Below the pieces are notes generated by a model. It saw nothing but the letters and a program-made list of their open reading frames with translations, was not told the origin of the DNA and searched no databases. A stretch of DNA of 64,000 bases from contig CAWEHK010000033.1 in the NCBI GenBank assembly GCA_963808625.1, forward strand, positions 1-64,000, given 5' to 3'. Origin of the DNA: an uncultured delta proteobacterium. GTDB taxonomy: Bacteria > Desulfobacterota > Syntrophobacteria > Syntrophobacterales > Syntrophobacteraceae. This document shows positions 11,410 to 23,106 of this stretch, piece after piece (the first letter of the stretch is position 1; each line of letters opens with the position of its first letter). Both the position numbers and the translations under genes were made by a program.

Positions 11410-11821
11410 CTAAGAGCCTTGCTATTTAATAAAAGATTATCGAATGGCTGTTAACATATTGTTTTCGTTACCAAGAGATTATGATAACCTCCATGAGGGG
11501 ATTTTCGGGGGAGCGAAAAGGATTCAGAATTTTTTCTATGCCGGTGAAATTTTTTCTTGGGATGGCGAGAATGATCCTCTCTTTTCAGTTCACTATCTGT
11601 CAGTTCGTACATTCTGAAAGTTCTGCTGTTACTTCCGCATTGGCTTTGGTTATGGTCGCCATCTATGGTTCCTTCGCAGAATGATTTTGAGGACACTGAA
11701 ACTTCCCAACAAGGCCATTCCGAGCTTGATGGCAGGCACGAGCATCCACTATAGCGCAAATAACAATTGAACCTCTTCCGCCTCAGAAATCACAGAAAGG
11801 GAGGCACACTTGAGACCTTTT

Positions 11822-12496
11822 CTATTCAAGTCCCTCGTGTTTTTTCCAGTATTCATACTCGTAAGGCCACTCTTCCTTGCGGTACACCATGAGTCGACGC
11901 ATACGTTCTTTAAAGGCAGACATCTTCTCCTGCGTTTCTGGAAATGACTCTTTACCCTTCCAAGCCAGAACCAGCCGATTACCAAGATCGAGGGCGCTGG
12001 TGGTGATATCCTCAGGGAAATCGTCCCCGAAGATCAGGCCCATGGTTGCCCACACGGAGCCAACGGACTGAATGCCTGTAATCATTAGAAAATGGTTCAT
12101 ATACTCGGCAATAGGCTCCTCATCTCCTCCACCGGAGGTTACGACAGAAGCTCCGAACTTTCCATGAAAGGCAAGGCAATGGATGGCACAGGCGCAGCGG
12201 TCCATGAAGGCTTTCATCTGAGCGCTCACGCTAAAGATGTAATTAGGGCTTGCGAGAACAACACCGTCAGCTGCTTTCACCTTCTGCTGAATCTCTTCGA
12301 AAGAATCCTTCTGAGCACAGTGCCCCTTTTTATGACAGTAATCACATCCCAAGCAGGGCAGTACCGTGTTCCCTGGCAGGTAAATGGTCTCCGCCAGTGC
12401 TCCTTCGCTCCCAGCCCCTTCCAGGACTAAGCGAGTCAGCTTGGCTGTGTTTCCCTTCGCTCCATGAGGACTTCCGACAATGGCAACAATCTTCAC
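11822..12496 (-). CDS. Flavodoxin-like iron-sulfur flavoprotein / NADPH-dependent FMN reductase
   Basis: GSPHGAKGNT, CLGCDYC...C, ASPNY, MKAFMDR. Confidence 0.9.
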   Translation of the reverse strand: MKIVAIVGSPHGAKGNTAKLTRLVLEGAGSEGALAETIYLPGNTVLPCLGCDYCHKKGHCAQKDSFEEIQQKVKAADGVVLASPNYIFSVSAQMKAFMDRCACAIHCLAFHGKFGASVVTSGGGDEEPIAEYMNHFLMITGIQSVGSVWATMGLIFGDDFPEDITTSALDLGNRLVLAWKGKESFPETQEKMSAFKERMRRLMVYRKEEWPYEYEYWKKHEGLE

Positions 12497-12529
12497 TCTA
12501 TCCTCCGCTACTGAATGCTATAGGCGAAA

Positions 12530-12955
12530 TCACTCCTCGCGCAACTTGATCAGCTCCACCAGTTCGGGTGGCAGCTCTGCCGAGGCGCCGGATTTCTGGT
12601 CAACGTTTACCCAAATCACTTGCCCCGAAGCGCGAAGATCCTCCCCTTCCTTCGAGAATATCTCAATCTGAAAGGTCAGGCTTGAGCGGCCAATCCGAGG
12701 AATTCGCACACACACGTCGATTTCATCATCGAAGTGGCAGGGCTTGTGGAACTCCACTACCACCTTAACAGTGTGAAAGTCCTCTCCTCGATCCCTGGCA
12801 TGAGCGAGATAGTCAAAGGGCAGGGAACGAAAATACTCGTAAATGGCGGTATCGAAGTAGGTGAGATAATGGGCGTTGAAGACGATGCCCTGAGCATCGG
12901 TCTCAGCGTAACGCACCCGCAGGGGAAAGAAAAACTTGAAGTCGCTCCGGGACAT
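12530..12955 (-). CDS. Acyl-CoA thioesterase (4HBT/YbgC family)
   Basis: RVRYAETDAQGIVFNAHYLTYFD, IGRSS. Confidence 0.9.
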   Translation of the reverse strand: MSRSDFKFFFPLRVRYAETDAQGIVFNAHYLTYFDTAIYEYFRSLPFDYLAHARDRGEDFHTVKVVVEFHKPCHFDDEIDVCVRIPRIGRSSLTFQIEIFSKEGEDLRASGQVIWVNVDQKSGASAELPPELVELIKLREE

Positions 12956-13003
12956 TTTACCAGCCTCAAAGGGACAAGTGCTTTTTCAAACTCTGTAATT
13001 GTT

Positions 13004-13237
13004 TCAACCTTTCTTCGTTGTCTCTTTGGGAGGTGCTTTTGACGCTGATCTGAGAACGGTCACCGCCTCTCCACCAATCCCCCAGTTGTCCGTTTCAACC
13101 TCATCGATCACGACAACCGTTGTCTGTGGATTCTTCCCAAGGACATCGGCTAAAAGCTGTGTGACCCCTTTGATAAGCTGGGCTTTCTGATCTGGGGTGG
13201 CACCTTCTCTGGTGATTTTGATGTTCACATAGGGCAT
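13004..13237 (-). CDS. 4-oxalocrotonate tautomerase family protein
   Basis: N-terminal Pro (MPYVNIKI), QKAQLI, NWGIGG. Confidence 0.92.
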   Translation of the reverse strand: MPYVNIKITREGATPDQKAQLIKGVTQLLADVLGKNPQTTVVVIDEVETDNWGIGGEAVTVLRSASKAPPKETTKKG

Positions 13238-13345
13238 GGCGATTTACCTCATCATTGAGATGACCATTCTTTTTGGCGCTAAGATCAAGGAATCTCGTAT
13301 CTGTCTATTTCGCGCATTTCGAAAATGAACCCAGGATGTCTCCGT

Positions 13346-14416
13346 CTATTTTAAGGCAATGGCTTTCTCAGGACAGATTTCCTGGCAGCAAAAGCACGTA
13401 ATGCACGTGTCAGCATCAACCTGAGGGAGGTCGTCACCCATGGACAGGGCCGATACCGGGCACTGCTCAATGCAAGTGCCACAGCGAGTGCACAATTCGG
13501 GATCAGCTTGCGGCCGCAAGAGCGTCTCGGTGGTCAAGCAGTTCCTGTATCGCCTTGTTGTGAAGATCGCTTCGCCGCCCAAGGGCGGAAGCTTGAAGTC
13601 GGGTAAGGGTTTCAACTCCCCGATCATTTCAATTGAACTCAGGTCATACTCCCCCAGGCCAACTTCCTTGGCCTTTTGAAGGAACCGTAGCCGTCCCGGC
13701 TCACATCCCATCATCGTGGCGATTACGGCGTCCATAGCCACGGCGTTGTCGGAGGCCAGGATCAAGCCGATGTCCCTCAGGTCGGGGGAAGCCGGACCAT
13801 TGCCCTCCATGCCGACCACTGCATCCACCAGGAACAGATCGGGAACCCGGAGCCGGAACACGTCGACCACCATCTCATTGAACCGTTCCGGGCTGCCCGC
13901 CGCTTTGTGCAGTCTGGCTTTCTGAGCGCCAGGCAGCAATCCATAGCTGTTTTTGATCGCTCCTGTGAGAACGGTTAAGCCGTGGGTCTTGAACTTCGGC
14001 AGGCTGATGATAATGTCAGCCTCCAATACAATCCGGGAAAGGCTCACGGTTGGCATGAAATCGGGATTGAAAGCGACCTTCTGCGAGTCGTTTCCGATGT
14101 TCTGATAATAGCCCTTTGCCGCTTCCATCAGGCCTGTCTGTCTGAAGCTTTCCTCGTTCGCCCCATAGCTGAAAAGGCCAGGATTATCACCTACGACGAT
14201 GCCTGGCAGGGCCCAGTGTTTCAACTTTTTCCACCACAGCACGGAGCACTGCCGGGTGGGTGACGATGCCTTCCTCGGCCTCCGAAGCCCGTCAGCACAT
14301 TAGGTTTGATAAAGACGGTTTTTCCTCTCACTGCTCAGGGGGAAGAGTTCAAAAGCCCGGTCGACAGCCTCAGAGACTTTGTCATACGTTGCAGGATGGA
14401 TCATCACTTTCGCCAT
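13346..14416 (-). CDS. DUF362 protein with C-terminal 2x[4Fe-4S] ferredoxin domain; several frameshifts in the 5' part
   Basis: MAKVMIHPATY...KTVFIKPNV...THPAVLRAVV; LPKFKTH, GAIKN, GMEGNGP, CTRCGTCIEQCP, CITCFCCQEICP. Confidence 0.85.
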
Positions 14417-14490
14417 GGATCTTCCCTCCTTCTGTCGGTCTATTTGGGATATAGCGCAAAGCGTGCCCGAGTGGTGATAAGTTGGGCATG

Positions 14491-15279
14491 CTATTGTCCG
14501 ATGCCACTTGACGAAAGCTGGCCCTCGGGGTTGTCAAGAGACCACTCGGTGGCGACAAGGCGCCTGCCGGTGAGCCTGCGTCCTGCATCGGAGGCAAGAA
14601 AGACGGCCGGCGGGACCACGATCTCGGGCGGTAGAAGATGGCGTCGAAGCTCGTCAGGTATGTCCGGTGGGATCATGCCGGTTGCCGTTGCTCCGCCTGG
14701 GAGAATCTCATTTACGGTGATGCCTGTGCCATCCAAATCCTGTGCCCAAATGATCGTTTCAGACTCAAGAGCAGCCTTCGACGGGCCATACGGCGAGAAG
14801 CCCCGACGTTTCATCGTCTCGTAATTCATGGAGACATTGATGATGGCTCCAGTGCTGCGCCGTAGCATATGGGGTACAGCCGCTCGGGCCATCAGGAAAG
14901 GGCCGTTGACATTGGTGTCGATCACCATCCTCCAGACGGTGGGGTCAACCTCCCAAAAGCGTGTTGGCTCAGTAAGAAATTGGGGGCTGACATATCTCAT
15001 GCCTCGGCCCGCGTTGTTAACCAGCACGTCAAGATGGCCGAAGCAGCTGATGGTGTCGGCCACGACGCGCTCACATGCAGTGGGATCGGTGACGTCTGCG
15101 ACGATGGCGAGTGCAAGATCGGCACCCCAGGTGGCGGCAAAGGCTTCGATTTCCGAACGCTCTCGTGCCGCTGTAACAACGACGCGGGCTCCCTCGCGAA
15201 CATACCCTTCTGCGATGGCGCGTCCGATGCCACGACCGCCGCCTGTGATAATCGCTACCTTTCCTTCAAGCTTTCCCAT
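14491..15279 (-). CDS. Short-chain dehydrogenase/reductase
   Basis: TGGGRGIG, NNAG, YGPSK. Confidence 0.95.
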   Translation of the reverse strand: MGKLEGKVAIITGGGRGIGRAIAEGYVREGARVVVTAARERSEIEAFAATWGADLALAIVADVTDPTACERVVADTISCFGHLDVLVNNAGRGMRYVSPQFLTEPTRFWEVDPTVWRMVIDTNVNGPFLMARAAVPHMLRRSTGAIINVSMNYETMKRRGFSPYGPSKAALESETIIWAQDLDGTGITVNEILPGGATATGMIPPDIPDELRRHLLPPEIVVPPAVFLASDAGRRLTGRRLVATEWSLDNPEGQLSSSGIGQ

Positions 15280-15559
15280 AGTTCCCTCACCTGTTTACTC
15301 GCCTGATCGAGGCCTCCAGATAGGGGGGTCGATTTTCCACTTTCGGCTGCCCATACCAGGTTAGTCATCTTTTCTCATTTCCAGAACGTCAGAAGAACTC
15401 AATCAAAAGGGTGCTTAACCGTGTCTGTCTCTTTTGGCGGTGGAATAGACTCCGGGAATTTCTCAGACCTCAACCTTTCCACCACAGAATTCAACAGGGC
15501 CGTAGATCTTCTGAGCCGCTTCGAGTCCCCTCTTCTCCCGAGTAAGGCAGAATGCTCCG

Positions 15560-15727
15560 TTATTGCAAGGATGAAATGAAATACCAGATCGCGACCACAA
15601 TAAAGGCAATCGCCGGAATCAGGCCCATCAGCTTCCTTCGGCTCTTTGCAAAGATGGACTTTTTGTCCTCCTTCTTCATCTTTTTGACCGGTTCCGCAAC
15701 TCGCTTGATGGTCTTCTTGTTTGACAT
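15560..15727 (-). CDS. Small Lys-rich protein with one C-terminal TM helix (55 aa)
   Basis: MSNKKTIKR...LMGLIPAIAFIVVAIWYFISSLQ; frame conserved in the second copy. Confidence 0.6.
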   Translation of the reverse strand: MSNKKTIKRVAEPVKKMKKEDKKSIFAKSRRKLMGLIPAIAFIVVAIWYFISSLQ

Positions 15728-15875
15728 GGTTATCCGATCCTTCTCTGTGGCCCTTGAGGCAGCCATGTCATGGCATATCTGAAATGGCCTACCACCATAC
15801 CATCTTCATTTTCGTCCTGGCGCCGAAGCTTCAAAATCGACGGTATGTTTGAGGACCCTAATTTGCCTGAACTCC

Positions 15876-16157
15876 TCAGTGCCTCGTCTGCAATCGTCTC
15901 CATAAGGATTCAACGATGACCATCGAAGCATCGTCAGGATGCATGCTTTCGGAACCGCAAGATTTGAGTAAGTCTTTACTCCCATCCCACAATTTGAAGA
16001 CTTCTCTTATGCCTGTTCCTGAGCCGAAATGGAATTGTCCCAGATCTGTTTCGTCGACGGTTCTGATCAACCCTTTGTCTTCCCGACTCAGCGTAGCGAT
16101 CATTTGATCAACCGCTTCTTGAACGGTTTTCGGCAAACTCTTCTCAGCCAAAGGCAT
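15876..16157 (-). CDS. DUF6794-like domain protein
   Basis: PKTVQEAVD...HFGSGTGIR...LW...LLKSCG...HPDDASMVIVESLW; RBS ggagg. Confidence 0.7.
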   Translation of the reverse strand: MPLAEKSLPKTVQEAVDQMIATLSREDKGLIRTVDETDLGQFHFGSGTGIREVFKLWDGSKDLLKSCGSESMHPDDASMVIVESLWRRLQTRH

Positions 16158-16446
16158 TCTGAACCTCCCCCGTCGTTGTTCGCGTCCGTTACTCCCTTTT
16201 TGGTTAAGGCGTCATGTGGTATTCTGAGCTATCGGCAAGCATTTTACTCCAGCCAATGTGAACAGGGGGATTTATGTCGAGGGATGGATGCAAGAAAGAG
16301 TGATGCTGTGGTTATTGCCCCCAATGGTTTGCAGTTCGAAGCTGATGGCAGAGACGCTTGAGGTCGGGGTGGTCAAGGAAATGGGGTACACACTGACCCG
16401 AGAAATGCCGACAGAACCGGAACTATGAGGATTAGGGGGAGAGAGA

Positions 16447-16821
16447 ATGGATCGGGTGTTCTTCGCAATTGGCGCTATCTCGGCATTCTTGGGAGTGGCG
16501 GCTGGTGCCTTCGGCGCTCATGGCTTAAAGAGTCGCATCAGCACTGAGATGCTCACTGTCTTCGAAGTCGGTGTGCGCTATCAGATGTATCACGCATTTG
16601 CTCTGCTGGCGGTCGCTTTAGCACAGACAAAATGGCCAAGCACAATTATGACAGTGAGCGGCTGGTTTTTCATGATAGGGACATTGCTTTTCTCCGGCAG
16701 CCTTTATCTGCTGGCTTTTACTGGATTGCGCTGGTTAGGTTTAATTACTCCGTTTGGTGGATTGTCATTCCTTGCGGGTTGGCTGTGTTTAGCATGGGTT
16801 TCTCTGAGGTCGTTTACTTGA
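16447..16821 (+). CDS. DUF423 (YgdD/TMEM256) membrane protein
   Basis: GAFGAHGL, YQMYHA, FSGSLY, ITPFGG. Confidence 0.92.
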   Translation: MDRVFFAIGAISAFLGVAAGAFGAHGLKSRISTEMLTVFEVGVRYQMYHAFALLAVALAQTKWPSTIMTVSGWFFMIGTLLFSGSLYLLAFTGLRWLGLITPFGGLSFLAGWLCLAWVSLRSFT

Positions 16822-17007
16822 GATAGGAAGAATACTGTTGCTGACAGAAAGTAATGTCTTTGATCAGAGGGTTTGGGAAATTCTGAGTCAGAAGAAAGGA
16901 TCAAAGCATCGTTTCCGGATGGACAGGAGTTAAGGTCAGGGTTACAGAATACGCGGAGGAAACCGACTCCTCCGGCTTCAGGGTAGACATATCGAAAGGA
17001 TTTCAAC

Positions 17008-18167
17008 TTGGGCACGCTTCCAGGAGGAAAGAGGATTAAACTGTTGCTCATCCTGGCTTGCGCCAGTACTGTCGCTGGTGCTGTTGTCTGCCACCCCGGA
17101 CTGCTGCTGCGCGGAATCCGGACCACACGAAGGTTACCTAATCGGGATCTATGCCACGGGTTTACCATTTATCGAGAAAACGCCAAATGGAAGCTATGTC
17201 GGTGCAGAGGTTGAATTATGGGATGAAATCGCGCGGAGGGTAGGCTTCTCTTATCATTTTCGGGAGATGCACAGCCTTGCGGAGACACTCGAAGCACTGA
17301 CCAGAGATGAGCTGGATTTTGCTCTGGCCACTACGACGGTCACCAGCAAGCGTTCCAAGTCGATGGTGTTTTCACACCCATATTTTGTGTCCGGGCAGGC
17401 CATTCTGGTCAATGCAAAGGAGACAACCACCATAAGGGTTCTGCTCGAAGCCATATGCTCCCCTATTATAATTCAGGCATTTCTGGCCTTGATACTGCTG
17501 CTCATCGTTTATGGGCATGTACTCTGGTTCGCTGAGCGCGGGAAAAACCCGCTGTTAGACAGCCGTTACTTTCCCGGCGTTTTCGAGGCTATGTGGTGTG
17601 CTTTTGCCATCAAAAGCACTATCGGCTTCGGTGATGTGGTGCCGCATAATTGGACGGCGAGGATCCTGGCGGTGCCGATCTGGCTCTCTGGAATAGTCCT
17701 CGCTTCAGTGATCAGCGCCCAGTTGATTTCCGCCTTCGTTGCCGAGAGAATCAAGCCAGAGTCCACGATTTCCGGCTATCTTGATCTAGTGGATAAAAAG
17801 GTGGCAGTGCTTGAAGGATCGACCGGCATGATTGCTGTTGTGGATATTGGAGTCAAAGACGATAGTCCAGGTCACATCCACTGAGGAAGGGTATCAAAGG
17901 CTTCTTAATCACGAGGTGGATGCGTTCGTTTTTGATCATCCCAGTCTTGCGTATGAAACCGACAAATTGAGAGACAAGGGACAGGAGGTAATGATAGTAG
18001 GCGAGCCTTTCACCCAGGAGTTCTACGCGATACCCATGAGCACTCAGCTTGCCGCTCGTGAACCAACCCTTATGGGGAGAATAGACTCCGCCATTCTTGC
18101 AATGCATGACGAAAAGCACCTCGATCGTTTGCGACAGAAATGGATCTCGGTTTTGAACGTCCGCTAA
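17008..18167 (+). CDS. GluR0-like ligand-gated K+ channel (split substrate-binding domain flanking M1-P-M2), frameshifted
   Basis: SBP_bac_3 motifs (GAEVELWDEIA, TVTSKRS, FSHPY), TM helices, pore STIGFGDVVP, second SBP half in ORF 17832-18167; start is approximate. Confidence 0.8.
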
Positions 18168-18324
18168 GAGCTTCCTTTCTGTTAATTCACATGAAGTCTG
18201 ATCGCCCTTTTGGCAGGTCACAGATCTGTGCCTTCGTATTCCTTTTGAAGAAATCCAACCTTTTAATGATATGCTGTCACCCGATGGCTTGGCGTTGCAC
18301 CTTGTTGAACAGAGATAGAAAGAG

Positions 18325-18942
18325 ATGAGCAAGCAAGACCGAATCCTACTGGAGATTTTCTCCGACTATGTCTGACCCTGGTGCTACTTCATTACCGGGC
18401 GTATTGAAAAACTCAAACAAGCGTACGATATCGAGGTCAAGTGGATCGCGTTTCCCCTGCATCCGGAAACCCCGGAAGAAGGCCGGAGCCTGGAAGAACT
18501 CTTCGCAGGAAGGGATATCGATATTCCATCCATGATGGACCATCTGAAAAGGGTGGCAGCCGACTGCGGCCTGCCCTTCGGAATGCGCTCCAGGACATAT
18601 AATAGCCGGCGGGCTCAGGAGCTGGGAAAGTGGGCTGAATCCCTGAGCAAGGGAAAGGAATTTCACCTGGCGGTGTTCAAGGCCTATTTTGGCGATGGAC
18701 TCAACATTGCAAAGATTCCGGTATTGGTAGAGATTGCCGAATCGGTTGGCCTCAATGGAGCAGAAGAGGCTTTATCCAGTGGGGCTTTCAAAGAGGCAGT
18801 GGACCACGACTGGAAATACTCCCGAACCTGTGGAATCACGGCGGTCCCAACCTTTGTCGCTAATAGGCGCAAGGTGGTTGGTGCTCAGCCATATAAGGTT
18901 TTGGAAGAACTGATAATAGAGAGGGGTCCCTCTATTTCATAA
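18325..18942 (+). CDS. DsbA/FrnE-family thioredoxin-fold selenoprotein (UGA=Sec at 18373-18375, UPWC)
   Basis: MSKQDRILLEIFSDYV-TGA-PWCYF is in frame with ORF 18532-18942 (FPLHP, YNSRRAQEL, ITAVPTF, GAQP). Confidence 0.88.
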
Positions 18943-18987
18943 CGAGTGTGCGGAAAGTGGCCCATTTCATGGTTCGGGAGGAGGAAT

Positions 18988-19500
18988 ATGCAGGTTGCCA
19001 CTGCTTTAAGGGAAAGGAGAAGCGTCCGTTCTTTTGAGAATCGGGAGGTTGAAGACGACAAACTGACGAGGGTGCTTGAAGCAGGGAGACTCTCGCCGTC
19101 AGCAGTTAATCGTCAGGAATGGAAATTCATTGTCGTCAGAAGCAATGACAAAAGGAAGAAATTAGTAGATGCCGCATGCGGTCAGTCTTTCGTAGGTCAG
19201 GCTCCCGTGGTTCTCGTCGCTTGTGCTACCGAAAGCAGGGCAATCATGACCTGTGGCCAGCCTGCCTATACCGTGGATGTGTCGATTGCCTTCGCATACA
19301 TGATCCTCCAGGCGTGCGAGCTTGGTCTTGGCACCTGCTGGATCGGCGCCTTCAATGAAGACAAAGTTAAGGAGATCTTGGTGATTCCCGAAGACGTCCG
19401 CGTTGTGGCGATGTCTCCCCTGGGTTATCCGACTCACAAAAGCCCGCCGAGGCCAAGAAAGAAATTGGCGGAGATTGTCTGTTTTGAAAAGTACGCATAA
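18988..19500 (+). CDS. Nitroreductase family protein
   Basis: RRSVRSF, SPSAVNRQEW, LGLGTCWIG, LGYP, RK. Confidence 0.93.
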   Translation: MQVATALRERRSVRSFENREVEDDKLTRVLEAGRLSPSAVNRQEWKFIVVRSNDKRKKLVDAACGQSFVGQAPVVLVACATESRAIMTCGQPAYTVDVSIAFAYMILQACELGLGTCWIGAFNEDKVKEILVIPEDVRVVAMSPLGYPTHKSPPRPRKKLAEIVCFEKYA

Positions 19501-19510
19501 AAGGTGAGGA

Positions 19511-19681
19511 ATGACCATCTTTGGTATCGACCCAGAGTTGCTGGGTCTTAGTCTCATTTATTCGATCATCCCTGCCGCACTGACGACGGCTCACCCAGAC
19601 TTCTTCGTCATCATCTCGGTGCCATCCGGTGTATTAAACCTCGTTGGGGTTGTCCTTCTGCTGCTTGGGATTCCACTGTGA
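19511..19681 (+). CDS. Small 56 aa two-TM membrane protein, below the ORF-track cutoff
   Basis: RBS aaggtgagga then MTIFGIDPELLGLSLIYSII...LNLVGVVLLLLGIPL*. Confidence 0.45.
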   Translation: MTIFGIDPELLGLSLIYSIIPAALTTAHPDFFVIISVPSGVLNLVGVVLLLLGIPL

Positions 19682-20137
19682 CTCCTTTCTCGTTTTTGAG
19701 GAATGACCAATCTCCTGAAAATGTCTCCTGAGCCACATCCCATAAGAAATGATCTCATTATGTTGAGCGACAACCGTCAGGTAACTGAACCCTGTGGGGA
19801 ATAAGAGGCTGAGGACAGAGAAAGGTGAAGATATCTGCCTTCTTTCCACAAAAATCAGCGAGCAGAAACTTCAGGATTACAAAACCATATCACCAACAAA
19901 TGGTCGGCGTTCTCTCTGGTCGGGATTGTTAAGGAACCGCCACATTTACTCCCCCTCAGGATTGAAGGAACTGAGAGACAACTATTTTCACAGCCAGTTT
20001 CATGCTATACTTGAAACCAAAAGAAAGAAGGGAACCACGGTTGGCGAAAGAACAGCACAAGAGGCTGGTCACCGGAGTTCTCTCTCAGGTTCTATGTTTG
20101 CCGCCTAGCCTTATCCGGGTTGCAGGGGAGGTGTCCC

Positions 20138-22027
20138 ATGGCAACAGAAGGATTCAAGCGCAAGCTGGCCGCTGTCTTCAGTGCCGATGTAGCCGGTTAC
20201 AGTCGGCTCATGGGCGAAGATGAAGCAGCAACCCTAACGACCCTCGAAGCCTACAAACAAGTGATGTCTGTTCTCATCAAGCAACACCGGGGGCGGGTGG
20301 TGGCTTCTCCCGGGGATAATGTCCTGGCCGAGTTTGCCAGCGTCGTGGATGCGGTCCAGTGCGGGGTGGCGGTGCAGAAGGAGATCCAGGCCCGCAACGC
20401 CGAACTTCCAGAGAACCGGAGAATGCAGTTTCGCATCGGGATCAACCTGGGGGATGTCATCGAGGAGGGAGACAGCATCTACGGGGACGGGGTGAACATC
20501 GCGGCGCGGCTGGAATCCCTCGCGGACCCCGGCGGGATCTGCATCTCCAAGATGGCTTTCGAACAGATCGAGACCAAGCTGCCCTTGGGATACGAGTCTC
20601 TTGGGGAGCAAACGGTCAAGAATATTGCGAAACCGGTAGGGGCTTACAAGGTTTTGATGGAGCCAAGGGTAACGGTAAAAGCCGCGACTGTTGCCAAGCC
20701 AAAAGTTAGCGCAAGGCGCAGGCCTCTGTTGGTGGCCCTCCTTGGCGTCCTGGTCGTGGTGGTGGGGGCAGCAGCGTTCTGGTATTTCACCCGTCCGCCT
20801 GCCCCACCGCCGGTGGAGAAAGCCTCCAAGGAGCGGATGGCCTAGCCTCTGCCCGACAAACCGTCCATCGCCGTCATGCCGTTCGTGAACATGACCGGGG
20901 ATCAAAAGCAGGATTTCTTCTGCGATGGGTTGACCGAAAGCCTGATATCAGCCCTCTCAAAAGTGCCGGAACTATTCGTCATCTCTCGGGAATCCACCTT
21001 CAGCTACAAGGGCAAGGCGGTGAAGACCAGTCAGGTGAGCGAGGAGCTTGGGGTGCAGTACGTGCTGGAGGGGAGCGTGCAGATGGCCGGGGATCGAGTG
21101 CGGGTCACGGTGCAGCTCATCGATGCCCTCAGGGGACATCACCTCTGGTCAGAGAGCTACGACCGGAGCATGAAAGACCTCTTCGACCTGCAGGATGAGA
21201 TGACCATGAAGATCCTCAAGGAACTGCGGGTGACGATCACTGGAGCACCGCGGACACGCTCAAAGGGAACGGACAACCTTAAGGCTTACTTGAAGCTTTT
21301 GGAAGGGGTTGGGTACCACAGACAGGGCACCAAAGAGGCGAATGCTGAGGCCCAACGGCTTTACCAGGAAGCCATCGCCCTGGACCCAAATTGGGCAACG
21401 CCTTATGCCAATCTCGCCCAAGCACTTCATCTGGATCTGTTTTACGGTGCCAGTGAATCGCCCAAAGAGACGCTCTCAAAGGCGATGAAATTGGCACAAA
21501 AAGCTGTCGAACTGGACAACTCCTCGTCTGAGGCCCACGCCGCTCTAGGCGAGATATTACTGGGAATGCGTCAGCATGATAAGGCGATTGAGGCCGGGGA
21601 GCGGGCTGTGACGCTTAACCCCAACGACTATGCGGCTCTACAGGGTCTTGCCCACTGTCTGTTCTACGCCGGGAGGAGTGAGGAGAGCCTTCCTTTGAGT
21701 CGACAGGCCATGCGACTCAATCCTTTTCGTCCCGGTAGCTACCGCACGTTTGCTCTCGCTTGTCGTGAAACCGGAAGGTATGAGGAGGGGATCGCCGCCC
21801 TCAAGAAATCCCTTCAGATTCTCCCTAAGGATGTGTTCAATAGAGTTATTCTGGTCAGTTTGTATATGTACGCCGGACGCGAAGATGAAGCCCGGGCTAC
21901 CGTCGCGGAGATCCAGCGAATAGCCCCGAATTTTTCTGTCGAAAAGCTGGCCAAAGCACTCCCATACAAGGACGAAGCGACGCGGGATCGCTACATAGAC
22001 TCTCTGCGCAATGCGGGGCTGAAGTGA
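20138..22027 (+). CDS. Class III adenylate/guanylate cyclase - TM - TolB-N-like - TPR protein, interrupted by an in-frame TAG at 20843-20845
   Basis: RKLAAVFSADVAGYSRLMG, GDNV, FRIGINLGD, GDGVNIAARLE; ERMA*PLPDKPSIAVMPFVNM continues in frame into TPRs. Confidence 0.88.
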
Positions 22028-22298
22028 GGAAGGCTGGCGGTTTTCCGGTGTTAGCAATCGGGGACGGAGAAGATAGGGATGGTCGATTCCACCCCATTCA
22101 CACTTCTGACATAAGTGACCTGCCCCGAATCTTAGAAGGGATATGGCTTCAGGCGTTACCGCCGCAGGGTTTTTTATACGGCGTGAATACCACCGTCATG
22201 CGTCTTGGGCGGGTCAATGTAATTAATATTAGCTGCAAGGGAGAAGCGCCCATAATGGGTTGCCGCGACCGTTTCATCAGCAGAAATAGGAGGAGCCA

Positions 22299-23078
22299 AT
22301 GCGCAACTTTACCGGCCTTAAACCTGTCGTTACCCTGGTTCTCCTTCTTGCTCTCCTTCCAACCACAGTGTATGCGGAAACTCCGGTTGAGTCGAATGTC
22401 GATAGCAGGCTGATCCTGGCATTTCAGGTGCGAGACAGCGAACTACAGAACTGGCTTCCCGCCTCTTGGCAGGTGAATCCGGTGACCGCCGGTCCGTCGA
22501 AGGGTGCAAACCTGTTCGTACTGTTCGCCCAGAACCTCCTGTGCCAGACTCCAGACGGAAAGCCATCAGCATCCGGTGGGACGGCCCGCTATGTCCCGCT
22601 CGTCATTCCGGCCAAGCACGCCCAGACGGGTGAGGAATCCTCTTTTGTCATGCGGATCTACACAACAGATCACGGCGGGCTTCCGGGACCCTACAAGAAC
22701 TCAGTAAAGGCCGACGTGCACCGCGAACTCACACTGAGGGGCGAGAATCTGGCACCCGGCACCGGGAGCGACGACTGGGAAATGAAGGAGGCGAGCGGCG
22801 GAGGCATCGTGGTCCGGCTCGCGTATCAGCGGTCAGTCCCGGCGCGTGCCAAGATCGAGCAGAAAATTCGCTCCTCGGTCGATCCGGATTTCTATCGGAT
22901 CTATCGGGTGGATCAGGGTGCCGAACTCGTGAGAAGCGTGCCCGCTGGTGTCGACCGACTGCAAAGCTATGAGTTCCGCTCCACGGTCTCCGAGCTTTCG
23001 AAGCTCTTCGATGGCAGCTCGCAGCTTGTTAGCATTACGGTGATCCCCTGGTACGTCCGGCAGGTTTCGCTGCCCTGA
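22299..23078 (+). CDS. Secreted hypothetical protein
   Basis: RBS aggag, signal peptide (VYA-E), 259 aa open frame. Confidence 0.75.
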   Translation: MRNFTGLKPVVTLVLLLALLPTTVYAETPVESNVDSRLILAFQVRDSELQNWLPASWQVNPVTAGPSKGANLFVLFAQNLLCQTPDGKPSASGGTARYVPLVIPAKHAQTGEESSFVMRIYTTDHGGLPGPYKNSVKADVHRELTLRGENLAPGTGSDDWEMKEASGGGIVVRLAYQRSVPARAKIEQKIRSSVDPDFYRIYRVDQGAELVRSVPAGVDRLQSYEFRSTVSELSKLFDGSSQLVSITVIPWYVRQVSLP

Positions 23079-23106
23079 CGCTTGTAGCAACGAACACGCG
23101 CAGCCA

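Larger units (their letters stand above)
15547..16161. repeat. ~615 bp duplicated segment, copy 1
   Basis: Direct repeat of 34346-34962. Confidence 0.92.
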
